A stretch of 44,946 bases of DNA from Tubiluchus corallicola (lineage: Eukaryota; Animalia; Priapulida). The translations under genes and the position numbers were made by a program. The notes under the pieces were generated by a model that saw only the letters and a list, made by a program, of their open reading frames with translations, was not told the origin of the DNA and ran no database searches. Positions 18,222-30,155 of this stretch are shown piece by piece; the first letter of the stretch is position 1; each line of letters starts with the position of its first letter. The DNA lies in NCBI GenBank assembly GCA_030141605.1, contig JAQGDQ010001354.1:1-44946 (forward strand), in the 5' to 3' direction.

Positions 18222-21200
18222 CTAATTTTATGAAAAAGTATTTTCTGTTATTTCTTAATTATTCGTGAAATTTGAAGCTTTAATACCAGAGAGCATGAAA
18301 TACTCCATCGGGATCTTCAACAAGGTTGACAAATTGACCACCATCTCAAGGACTTGGTGGTGCTTAGGATGCATTAATCAACACAAAAGCTTCTGGGGCA
18401 AACAACAACATTCAATATTTGTTAAAGCTAAGGTCGTGCTTGGGAAACCAAGGTTCAGGGAGCACCAAGCTGGCAGAAAATAATACATGTACACCGAAAA
18501 CAGATAAAAATTTTAACAAAGTATGTTAACGATCATGAAGTCTTATACAGTTCAAAATGTAAGGTAGAGGGCTGCCTTTCATTTTGAAGTCAATGAAGAA
18601 TTCAAGTGGCATAGGCTTAAATCCCGCATAGAGCAATGGAGTTTGTTTTATATAACAATGGCGCATAATTTATATCGCACGTGTATGTGTTGAGTCGCGA
18701 AAGAGGCAAAGGAGAGAGCCAGGGCACCAGGTGGTGGGTGTGCTTAGGGCACCAACACACCTTAATCAGGCTCTGGTTAATGCATTTACTTATTTGTTTT
18801 TATTTGAACAACTAATCAAGAATTGCAAGGCCAACTTACTTCTTCGACCGCAATGATTTCCACCCCAGCCACTCTTGCATTTGCACTTGTAAGATGAACC
18901 CCAAACCTCACAGTAACCATGAGAACCACAATCTACACCATAGCAAGGATCTGAAAGAAAACAAAACCTCAGTTAGGTGCATTCTCTCTTTCTCACCTTT
19001 CACACCATCCTCCTGGTAGATTTTCATCTGTCAGCCGGCGAACACTTGATAATGTCTCTCCAGGTGTCTCTGTCTTCATACGTCTTCTCCTCCTCCACAT
19101 CCACCAGTCCAGTTGTGTTCGCCATGAGTTACTTGAGCAAAAAGTACTTCAGTGACTTGCTAGGTCTATCCTGAAGGATTTGGTCCACAGCTCCTTATTT
19201 GAATATTCGGAGCACCCTGGCTCGTGAGCCAGGGGTCCCCCATCCGCCACCCGGGGGATGCGCCCGGTAGGGGTTTACCCCCCCCCCAGGGCATTCTCTC
19301 TACTATTACTTATTGCTGCATGGAAACTGTGACCTTGAAATTAAAGCCATGACAAGGAAACAAACGGTTTTGATGTCTAGCAGCAAAAGCCTTTAATAAT
19401 CTCACACAAAAACATGGATGAATAAAGCAAATCAAACCAATTAGATATAATAAATATGACTATTGACAAAGTTTTCACCACCAAGCCAGTCAGTTGAAGC
19501 AATGAACCTGTGTCAGGCCAAACCTGGAAAAAACTTACCATGGACGGCGTCTTCGTGGTCGAACAAACTTTCACTCCATCCGGGGTAACATTTGCATTTG
19601 TACTTGCTACCCCAAACTTCACACGTACCATGGGAGCCACAGGAGACAGCATAACAGGGATTTATCGTAACAAGAATTACGTGCACACTTTAATTTTACC
19701 TACTCACAAAGCGTCATTTACTGTGCTTTAAACTGGTCAAGAGTTAAATGTACATTATAATTACCTGTTAACTCAGAAAGAATTCTGTTACCACGAGAAA
19801 TGGCCACTGTGCACAATGTTCCCGTCCATCCTGATGGGCACGAGCATGAGAAAAGCTCGTCACCCTTATCTGGAGCATGTGCTCGACAAGTACCTCCATT
19901 ACGACATGGATTAGAATAGCAAGGGTCTGAAACAAGAAGCATAATAATTATTAGCAACAAATTTCAAAACTTTATTCGTAATGTACTCAAATTTCATTCT
20001 TTAAATTTAAACTTGTAAAACACACTAAGAACTCATTCTCATCGTACTTTTGCCTTCTTTGAACAAAATTAAAACTTACCATGGACGGTGTCTTCGTGGT
20101 GGCACAAGCTTACACTCCATCTGGGGTAACATTTACCTTTGTACTTGCTACCCCAAATTTCACACGTACCATGGGAGCCACAGGAGACACCATAACAGGG
20201 ATTTATCGTAACAAGAATTACGTGCACACTTTAATTTTACCTACTCACAAAGCGTCATTGACTGTGTTTTAAACTGGTCAAGAGTTATATGTACATTATA
20301 ATTACCTGTTAACTCAGAAAGAAATCTGTTACCATGAGAAATGGCCACTGTGCACAATGTTCCCGTCCATCCTGATGGGCACGAGCATGAGAAAAGCTCG
20401 TCACCCTTATCTGGAGCATGTGCCCAACAAATACCTCCATTACGACATGGATTAGAATAGCAAGGGTCTGAAACAAGAAGCATAATAATTATTAGCAACA
20501 AATTTCAAAACTTTATTCGTAATGTACTGAAATTTCATTCTTTAAATTTAAACTTGTAAAACACACTAAGAACTCATTCTCATCATACTTTTGCCTTCTT
20601 TGGACAAAATTAAAACTTATCATGGACGGTGTCTTCATGGCCGCACAAGCTTCCACACCACCCGGGGTAACATTTGCATTTGTACTTGTTACCCCAAACT
20701 TCACACGTACCATGGGAGCCACAGGAGACACCATAACAGGGATTCATCGTAACAAGAATTACGTGCACACTTTAAATTTACCTGCTCACAAAGCGTCATT
20801 GACTGTGTTTTAAACTGCTCAAGAGTTAAATGTACATTATAATTACCTGTTAACTCAGAAAGAAATCTGTTACCACGAGAAATGGCCACTGTGCACAATG
20901 TTCCCGTCCATCCTGATGGGCACGAGCATGAGAAAAGCTCCTCACCCTTATCTGGAGCATGTGCCCAACAAATACCTCCATTACGACATGGATTAGAATA
21001 GCAAGGGTCTGAAACAAGAAGCATAATAATTATTAGCAACAAATTTCAAAACTTTATTCGTAATGTGCTCAAATTTCATTCTTTAAATGTAAAACACTTG
21101 TAAAACACACTAAGAACTAATTCTCATCGTACATTCACTTTCTTTGCACAAAATCAAAACTTACCATGGATGGTGTCTTCGTGGTCGCACAAGCTTCCAC

Positions 21201-22884
21201 TCCATCCGGTGTAACATTTGCATTTGTACTTACTACCCCAAACTTCACACGTACCATGGGAGCCACAGGAGACACCATAACAGGGATTTATCGTAACAAG
21301 AAATACGTGCGCACTTTAATTTTACCTACTCACAAAGCGTCATTGACTGTGTTTTAAACTGGTCAAGAGTTATATGTACATTATAATTACCTGTTAACTC
21401 AGAAAGAAATCTGTTACCATGAGAAATGGCCACTGTGCACAATGTTCCCGTCCATCCTGATGGGCACGAACACGAGAAAAGCTCCTCACCCTTATCTGGA
21501 GCATGTGCCCGACAAATACCTCCATTACGACATGGATTAGAATAGCAAGGGTCTGAAACAAGAAGCATAATAATTATTAGCAACAAATTTCAAAACTTTA
21601 TTCGTAATGTAAATGTAATTGTAATGTAATTTACAGGACTAAACAAAACAGGACCCAATCTTAAACTATAGGTCAAAACAATCTACTCTTTAAAATATTG
21701 AAAGGAAACATACTATTTTTCTTCAAAAATGCCCTACAAAAAACATTTATTACCACACAAACACTATAGGTTTTACACGTCAAATGTAGACACAGGAAAG
21801 TTCAAACGTGACTTAGGTAAGTCAAATGTAGATGCGGTACTTTGAATAACTCAGTAATTAACTCATTTAAGTGCAAATTACAAAAAGATAAAACCAAATT
21901 AGAATTATATTTTATGGTCATGGTGCTATCGGCAGTTGTTATTTTAACTTAAGAGCAATTATAAATTGAAATTAAAGAAAATTAAATTTAACATCCTTAA
22001 AATTTACCACCTATCCACATTTGAGATACCAATGTCACATTTCACTTGACATGTGTCTACGTTTGACTTACCAAAAACGCTTAAGATTTCTTGCAAACCA
22101 TTGTTAACACATTTGAACTACCAAAGTCTACATTTGAGTTACCAAGACACATTTGAATTACCTAAATCTACTTTTGAGTAAACGCAGGTCTACATTTAAC
22201 ATGTAAAACCGATAGTTCTTCGCTGTTACATGCATTTCACCATTCGCTAGTTAGACTAACGCCTGTATTTCGGAAACGCATTGCATAAAAACAGGTGCTG
22301 CACTTTTTAGTGCAGGTGTGTTAGTTTCTGACGAACTGCACACGTTCGACAGTTCATGCGTGATCACAGCAGTAAATTTGAAATTTAAATTTTTATCTTA
22401 AAACTTGCCTAATTTTGTACGACACGCTGAACATCTTACAGTAGCACTGTACTTCAATATTCGCTTTTGCAACACACATTCAATACGCTCGTGGAACATT
22501 TTTGCTATTGAAAATTATGTTCGTTTGTGGAGTATTCAATAGTTGGGTTAGCCCGTCGTTAATTAAGATTCAATTTATTATTTAGTTATCAGACGCGGTT
22601 TTGCAGCATTAATTGTGTTAAACTGTATAATTTTTACCGTACTTGTAAATGGGGTAGTTTAAGAAAAATCATCCTGTCTTCCTTTAGCTAATTTGGCGTA
22701 AACTGATTTAATATGGTGTGAGTGAAAATCGTGGTCAAGTCAACTCACCATAGCCACCATGACTAGGATAGGTTTCTATGTCAGGTCCATGCTCCCCTCC
22801 ACTACTTTCGCTTAAAACGGATAACGGATCATCTGCCAGAACTGCCGTAACAAGCAGCGTCAACACTGTTCCAACGAGCATCAT
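18052..22884 (-). CDS. Secreted EGF-repeat-only protein (~318 aa, signal peptide + 6 EGF-like domains)
   Basis: complement(join(18052..18221,18840..18950,19792..19926,20333..20467,20874..21008,21418..21552,22749..22884)) = 957 nt, all introns GT-AG phase 1; AATAAA at 17930-17935. Confidence 0.8.
18840..18950 (-). CDS. EGF exon: [37 protein letters not shown]
   Basis: 111 bp, tttctttcag acceptor, gtaagt donor, six Cys. Confidence 0.9.
18985..19190 (-). mobile_element. Possible RTE/RTEX LINE 3' remnant in an intron
   Basis: Degenerate RPSK...TGL..EE...[10 protein letters not shown] peptide on the minus strand. Confidence 0.35.
19539..19661 (-). pseudogene. EGF type A (pseudo)exon; lacks acceptor AG and sixth Cys
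   Basis: [33 protein letters not shown]; preceded by gataa instead of yag. Confidence 0.6.
19792..19926 (-). CDS. EGF exon type B, copy nearest the 3' end of the gene
   Basis: [39 protein letters not shown]; cttgtttcag acceptor, gtaac donor (alternative in-phase donor 27 nt downstream). Confidence 0.85.
20080..20202 (-). pseudogene. EGF type A (pseudo)exon; lacks acceptor AG and fourth Cys
   Basis: ...[14 protein letters not shown]; preceded by gataa. Confidence 0.6.
20333..20467 (-). CDS. EGF exon type B copy
   Basis: 135 bp, six Cys intact, same splice sites. Confidence 0.85.
20621..20743 (-). pseudogene. EGF type A (pseudo)exon; lacks acceptor AG and donor GT
   Basis: Preceded by gatga; donor reads ataagt. 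Confidence 0.65.
20874..21008 (-). CDS. EGF exon type B copy
   Basis: 135 bp, six Cys intact, same splice sites. Confidence 0.85.
21165..21287 (-). pseudogene. EGF type A (pseudo)exon; coding-intact but lacks acceptor AG
   Basis: [40 protein letters not shown]; preceded by gataa. Confidence 0.5.
21418..21552 (-). CDS. EGF exon type B, first copy
   Basis: 135 bp, six Cys intact, same splice sites. Confidence 0.85.
21764..22215. mobile_element. MITE, same family as 36448-37288 (opposite orientation, unexpanded)
   Basis: TIR CTATAGGTTTTACACGTCAAATGTAGAC / gtctacatttaacatgtaaaaccgatag. Confidence 0.85.
22749..22884 (-). CDS. EGF gene signal-peptide exon: [45 protein letters not shown]
   Basis: Hydrophobic N-terminus with VLA cleavage-like site; cattttag acceptor 4 nt before the ATG; gtgagt donor, phase 1. 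Confidence 0.85.
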
Positions 22885-23992
22885 GTCCCTAAAATGAATT
22901 GTAAAAAAAAAATCGTTGTGAGTAGAAAAGCTGTGCCAGAATCAAGAATGTGGGCGTAATTTCACTCCCTGTTCAGAAATCGTGTTCAATTCAAATACAA
23001 GTTTTTCCTCATAAACGAATAGAATTAATAGAACACTCAGTTTTAACAACAAACAAACCCCAAAATATCGCGAAAGATATCAACAGAATAGGCGATAATA
23101 GAAAAAAATCCACAAGCTCTTTAAAACACAAAAATTCACTTTCTGCCTAGACGTGAATTAAGCAAATTAGTGTCGAAAAAATGCAAATCCAAATGCAAGG
23201 GTAAAAAGGTTAAACTTTAAGTCATTCAAAGCAGAGAAAGCAGTAGCAATAGCAAATACGAAACCTTGACCAAAGTTACCTACATCATAAAGATTAGCTA
23301 ATAAGTGTAGACTGCTACATAAAGGAGAAAAAGAGCTACAATAAACCAGAGTAATTCTGTTTGCAGGTATGAAAAGGAAGTTGAGCATTTCTGTTTTTCC
23401 CTCATTTAGACGTTATCCCGTTTGCATTTTGGCAAAAGGAAGTGTTTTCGCAATGGATAAATATAAATATTTATAAATATTGGGTATATAAGAACGTGAA
23501 ATTGTGTGGTAATAATTTTTTCATGTAAGTCATTTTTGAAAATAGTATGTTTCCTTTCAATATTTTAAAGAGTAGATTCTTTTGACAGTTTAACAATGGG
23601 TCTGGTTTTGCTTTAACCAACATTTTACACATTTTTTATGTCCCACACAACAGATTTTCCTGATCTTGAATGTTTGATTAACAAGAAAAAGAATTGTGAA
23701 GTGTTATTAACACGTCACTGGATGGTACTATTTTTTTTTGAAGTGAAAAGCAACTAACACACAACTTTAACAACACACTAGATATAAGTTAAGTATACGG
23801 GAAAAAGAAAGTGAAACTTATAGCCAAAACAAAACAACTTTATTAAAACTTCCAATTCACATAGTCAAAAATCACGCCAAATGGTTTGAGAGACTACTGC
23901 TGTCATCATCAGTGGTAAATTTTACAAACATATAACCAGTTTATATAGGCAGAGCTTATAGAACATTATGCAACTAATTAAATAGTTAGTAG

Positions 23993-25004
23993 GAGCCAAA
24001 TAGGTAAGGAATAAGCAGACCAGTAAAGTAATTGATACAGTAACTTAAGCACTAATTGTGTATTTACAAAAGCCAAATAGGTAATGATTAAGCAGACCAG
24101 GAGAAAAGAAATTGATGCAGTAACTTATACACTAATTGTGTATTTACAAAAGCCAAACAGGTAATGATTAAGCAGACCTGGAGAAAATAAATTGATGCAG
24201 TAACTTATGCACTAATTATGTATTTACAAAAGCCAAACAGGTAATTATTAAGCAGACCTGGAGAAAATAAATTGATGCAGTAACTTATGCACTAATTATG
24301 TATTTACAAAAGCCAAACAGGTAATTATTAAGCAGACCTGGAGAAAATAAATTGATGCAGTAACTTATGCACTAATTATGTATTTACAAAAGCTAAACAG
24401 GTAATTATTAAGCAGACCTGGAGAAAATAAATTGATGCAGTAACTTATGCACTAATTATGTATTTACAAAAGCCAAACAGGTAATTATTAAGCAGACCTG
24501 GAGAAAATAAATTGATGCAGTAACTTATGCACTAATTATGTATTTACAAAAGCCAAACAGGTAATTATTAAGCATACCTGGAGAAAATAAATTGACGCAG
24601 TAACTTATGCACTAATTATGTATTTACAAAAGCCAAACAGGTAATGATTAAGCAGACCTGAAGAAAAGAAATTGATACAGTAACTTATGCACTAATTATG
24701 TATTTACAAAAGCCAAACAGGTAATTATTAAGCAGACCTGGAGAAAAGAAATTGATGCAGTAACTTAAGCACTAATTGTGTATTTACAAAAGCCAAACAG
24801 GTAATTATTAAGCAGACCTGGAGAAAAGAAATTGATACAGTAACTTATGCACTAATTATGTATTTACAAAAGCCAAACAGGTAATGATTAAGCAGACCTG
24901 GAGAAAAGAAATTGATGCAGTAACTTATGCACTAATTATGTATTTACAAAAGCCAAACAGGTAATGATTAAGCAGACCTGGAGAAAAGAAGTTGATGTAG
25001 TAAC
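23993..25004. repeat. Minisatellite, 80-bp unit x ~12
   Basis: tatttacaaa at 24061, 24141, 24221, 24301 and onward. Confidence 0.96.
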
Positions 25005-26713
25005 AAATAGCTAAGTGTTTAAAAATAAATTTGAAGGAATTGAACTGCTTTGCACATTAAGAGAAGACGTATTACACAATAGATTACATATCTTTGCCAC
25101 ACACGTATGTGAACCTAAGAGACTTTTCTTTCCCTTCCTCTCTGTTATAGGTGTCACATTTTACATTGTGTTCAGTGTTGCATTTTGTTCATTCGCTGCA
25201 TTCATGATTTGCGTCCTTTTTGTCCATTTGCTGCATTTAAAGTTAATTTTAGTTTTCGCTCCGTTTTGTATTATAAGCTACATTCATAAACTTAACTACA
25301 GTAATTGCGGCATTACTTGCTTGAATTATGCTCAACGGGTATATTTATAATATATTGATAAGCTTTTAAACAAATTAAGATAAAATCAGTAATCGTGAGC
25401 TTACTAAATCTACGCCCTGCTGCATTTTTAGATAGGCCGGAATTTAAGTAACGTTCTACTAGGTGTAAGAAAACTTCAGAAACAGTCAACGTATTTAAGG
25501 TGTTAGTGGGCCATGCACACACGCATTTCCGACCAAAACCAATAAATTATATCGACTACACAGACTTTTACAAAAATAAAAAAAGCTTGACAAATATTTG
25601 TTTTTGGCAGGAAGCAAAGATCTGGAAATACTAACAATTGTTTGTAACCTAATAAATAAATGTTTTGTAAACAGAAAGAAGCTATAGAATTTTGTATCGT
25701 TAATTATCAAATTTAGAGTTTTGAACGTGTACTTGAAGTTGGGTTTATGATATGCATCAGTGTTTGATGTTATTTTTGTTTTTGTTTGGTAATGTGTTAC
25801 GTACCACCTAGTACTTACAGTTGTTTTGTCTGGTACTTTGTAATTAATGACCGAATAATTTTCTTAATGTACTTTCATCCAATAAATTATAAAATTATAT
25901 TAAATTATGTAGACTCCCTGTACTGCAGAACTAGTCCGACAAGCTTCTTATTCTCTCAAACATTGTTAAATTGTTTAAAGCTTATACTACTACATAGTAA
26001 AGTGTAAGGTCGTTGATGTTTTAATTAAAAATCAGCCAAAGTAATGTTCAGTGTTCATGTTCATGATGTTCTGTGTTCACTGCGTTCACTAAAAGGTCGT
26101 GTATATGAGTAAGTAAGCAAGCAATTTATTTTTTACTGCTTCGTAGTATTTGTACTGTGCTTCGCATTCCAAGATGCGCGGCAAATTTCTTATCATCATT
26201 ATTCATTCATTGTTATTCTACATTTACCCAATTATGTTTTACATTAATGACTGTCTAACTAAGCTAGTGTTATTGTGGCCACTTCATAATGGAATTAAAA
26301 TAGTTAAGTTTATTTGATTTAGACAGAACTAACATAATGCTTTCTAGTAAGTATTATGACTCTACGAAATGGAACAGGCTTTGTAAGTTATAATACACGT
26401 GAGTGTAAACAAAAATGTTTAGGAAAAGATCGTCTACAAGATAAACTAAAAAACCCACAGTGAAAAGCCAGAGTAGAAAAATGCAGCCCAAAATGGACAC
26501 CGAAGTTGCTATAACGGGCTTTTTGAATTTTTGTGAGCGGTAAGAAGCTTGAAAGAAAACGTAATTTTATTTTATATGAATTAAAAATAATTTTATGAAC
26601 ACTGTAACACTCGGGTCACGAAATTCTTTGCTAGTTCAACTGGGCCTCGAACTTGGGTCGGGCAACTTAAGTCAAGATGGATTGCTGAACGGGTTGGTGA
26701 CTCCAATATAATG

Positions 26714-27500
26714 TACATACTGTTCTGGTACCTGACTCATTAGGAGGAGACGTCGTCAGAAGAATCCTGGTGGTCTGTCATCGTCCGCTAATCTCATTAA
26801 GCCAGTCAAGCGAGTGGGACATTGATGCGGTCGCCGTTGCCGAAGAGGCTGTTAGCAAAGTGATTCCAGGTACCTAAGTGTGTGAACCCCGGAACTTTTA
26901 CGGGAGACGCCCCGCTACGTGAAACGCTAGCAAGACTGATATTAAATGAGGGGTACCCCGCTGTTCTAGTGCAAGTTGTAAATTTTTGTTTATTGTTTTG
27001 GATTGATTAATTAATTATGCCAATTAAAATGTTAAAGAGCAGCAATGTTTATTTAAATTCTAAGGCAATTCTAAGCGCAGGAGATGTCGGTCCTTCCTAA
27101 AGTACAGAGAATGGGCCAATGGTGATACAGTGTGAACGGAAACAGTGAACACAACAAAGTATAAATAAACAAACTGCTTGCCACAGGCTTAACATTTTTA
27201 ATTGGCACAATTAATTGATTAGTCAAAAACAATAAACAAAAAAAAAACTCACAACTTGCACAAGAACAGCGGGGTACCCCTCAGTCCGCTAGCGTTTCGC
27301 GTAGGCGGAACGTCTCCCGTAAAGTTCCGGGTTTCACGCACTTAGGTGGCTGGGATCACTTTGCTAATGGCCTCGTCGGCAACGGCGACCGCATCAATGT
27401 CCCACTCGCTTGACTGGCTTAACGAGACGATGACAGACCACCAGGATTCTCCTGACGACGTCTCCTTCTAATGAGTCAGGTACCAGGCTTTCAGTATGTA
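26714..27500. mobile_element. Foldback/MITE with ~310-bp inverted arms
   Basis: 26714-27036 (ctggtacctgactcattag...) is the reverse complement of ~27190-27500 (...ctaatgagtcaggtaccag); ~155-bp spacer. Confidence 0.88.
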
Positions 27501-28661
27501 TAGAAGTCTACTTTTTGTGCCGTTTTGGTTGAAAACTCCACCATCATGGAAGCATGCCCATCACAGGAAAATGTCACTTGCCAGATATCAGACGTATGGC
27601 TCACGTTCTGTCTACTCAAGATAATGACTGGCAGTGTGAACAATTCAATTCACGTAGCTATTGCAAGTCATGAAGTTGATTATAAAAATATCCGAAGCGA
27701 CGTCTTGTCGGCCAACGCCCCCGACAAAGACAGTATCAATTGGCCTTTTAGCTGAGTCAGTTATTTAACCACTCTCCCCGTAACCTCGTGGCTTAATCTG
27801 CACCTCTCAAGTCATACCTGTCGTGACCCAGTTAATCATCCAATCACAAGGGTACTATAGGTATGAGATCATGAAGCCAAAATTTGGTCCAAAAAGTTGA
27901 ACTGTGACATTTCTTTGTCGAACTCCCAATAGGTGGAGCCACCAGTTTATAACGTTTACCAAATTCGCTTAATTAGTTATTAATGACAGTTTCAATACAA
28001 CACATTCAGATATAACTAATAGTTGTTTTCAAATATCACGTAAATGTGTTATTACAGTTAAATGGCTATTCGTTTTAATCTGCTAAATACGACCGTGACA
28101 AACACAAACACTTGTTAGTAATGGATTTAAGTTACTGTGTGCAGATGTAACCAAAAGTAAGGGTGTGAAAAAGCCTGTTCTGAGTTAAACTTGAACCAGC
28201 GTTTCTGTTTTTTAAATCCAACGCTTTTACCACTAATATTGTACGGCCACTCGATCAGTTAACAATTTCCTTGAAATTAAGATTTGAAACAATCAATAAA
28301 GATTAACGTTTTAAATAAACGAAAGGCTTTCAGTAGGAAAAGTAACTTTGATTTCATAGCGAGACAGTGTCAGTTACAAAGTCATTAAGTGATTAGTTCT
28401 GTTTCCAAGTTGCGCCTGTTTCTCGAATTAAATAAAAAAAATCATTGCAACGTATCAAACGCGCTTATTGCAAGTTATTAAAAGGGCAAATAGCAATTAA
28501 CCTACCTTTTTTGTTACTGCGCTCGAAAATATCTAATCCAACGTAGCGTATATAGTTACAAAAACGTAGAAACACGTTCAAGTAATTTTAGTCGAGAATT
28601 TCAAACAGGCGCATAGTTATAGAATAAATGCACCACTAAAATGTTTTTGTTCGCATTTTAA

Positions 28662-29112
28662 GCTCTGCGTTCCACGCCCAGTAGTGCAGACACGATACTG
28701 GCCCCTGAGTTTCAGGCTTTATGGATCCACGCTCAGTAGTCCAGGCACGATACTGGCCCCTGGGTTACAGGTTTTGTGGTTGGGTCGAACTCTAGGACAC
28801 GCAGCAACAGTAGAAATAGAAACTTTGCCAGGAGCAACGTTAGCAGTGTGGCTGGTGCGTCAGAGATACGCAGCCAATAAAGGCCTGGCCTCAGCCAATA
28901 AAGCTGTACTGGTCACTGAAATCGCAGCGAAACAAAAAAGTAACGAATCAGAACACCAGACGTTTTTGTTAAAGCAGCAAATGAAGACTGGAATTGGAAA
29001 CGGAAATGAAAAAGCTGTAGCAAAAGAGGAAGCACTAACTGATGCTCTAAGAGCTGAGGAACCAAACACTAGCATAGGCTCCCCAGAGGAGTCAATAAAT
29101 GTGGAAAAAACT
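28662..29112 (+). other. Possible orphan plus-strand exon (Glu/Lys/Ala-rich ORF)
   Basis: Open frame between a ttttaag acceptor-like site and an ACT|gtaaga donor-like site; no recognisable domain or partner exons. Confidence 0.25.
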
Positions 29113-29113
29113 G

Positions 29114-29118
29114 TAAGA

Positions 29119-29149
<31 letters not shown>

Positions 29150-29401
29150 AGATAAGATAAGATAAGATAAGATAAGATAAGATAAGATAAGATAAGATAA
29201 GATAAGATAAGATAAGATAAGATAAGATAAGATAAGATAAGATAAGATAAGATAAGATAAGATAAGATAAGATAAGATAAGATAAGATAAGATAAGATAA
29301 GATAAGATAAGATAAGATAAGATAAGATAAGATAAGATAAGATAAGATAAGATAAGATATGATAAGATAAGATAAGATAAGATAAGATAAGATAAGATAA
29401 G
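29114..29401. repeat. (GATAA)n pentanucleotide microsatellite
   Basis: Direct reading. Confidence 0.98.
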
Positions 29402-29654
29402 ACAATTTAGAAGCATAAGCCTGTGCTATGTTACAGAACATATTCCACCACAGCACACGGGCACAGGTAGCAAAAAAAGAATTATTATGTGTAAACAAGA
29501 TGGACATATTGAACAAAAGTACCAAGCCAAAAATTTTTTTCCTATTAAAAAAATAATTTGGGACTGAAAGGGTTAATTGTTGCATCTGACAGTGACACAG
29601 TACCTTTCAATCCGTAATAATTGCAAAGCCAGTTAGTTTCATAGAAGCTTTACA

Positions 29655-30026
29655 ATTACCAAAAATCCGTAAAATCTAGAAAACTACCAAAAATCCCGTA
29701 AAATCCAAAAAACTACCAAAAAAATCCGTAATACCTAGAAAACTTTATAAAAATCCGTGAAATCTAGAAAATTACCAAAAAAATCTGTAAAATCGAGAAA
29801 ACTACCAAAAAAACCCGTAGACTCGAGATAACTACCAAAAAATCCGTAAAATCTAGAAAATTACCAAAAAAATCCGTAAAATCGAGAAAACTACCAAAAA
29901 AATCCGTAAAATCTAGAAAACTCTAAAAACAATCCCTAAAATCTAGAAAACTAACAAAAAAATCCCTAAAATCCAGAAAACGAGCAAAAAAATCCGTAAA
30001 ATCTAATCCTAACCCTAACCCTAACC
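29655..30026. repeat. A-rich ~30-bp minisatellite ending in (CCCTAA)n
   Basis: aaaatctagaaaactaccaaaaaaatccgt units followed by cctaaccctaaccctaacc. Confidence 0.88.
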
Positions 30027-30155
30027 ATATATACAACTGTTAATAGTGTATTTACATTGCTTTGTACTGACGGGTATTACGTCGAAGTTTTGCAAACTTG
30101 TAAAAACACTATCTGTTGCACGAACCTAACACGGACCATATGCACATTGAAGCTG

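Larger units (their letters stand above)
19530..21610. repeat. Intragenic tandem duplication, ~541-544-bp unit x ~4
   Basis: Equivalent exon starts at 19926, 20467, 21008 and 21552; introns nearly identical. Confidence 0.97.

Noticed and set aside
22328-22360. Hammerhead-like CTGACGA followed by a short stem
   Set aside because: No GAAA core or stem III follows; other CTGANGA hits that I checked also fail
28860-29585. Hydrophobic minus-strand ORF with ILSYL repeats
   Set aside because: (TTATC)n microsatellite plus antisense of an A-rich frame
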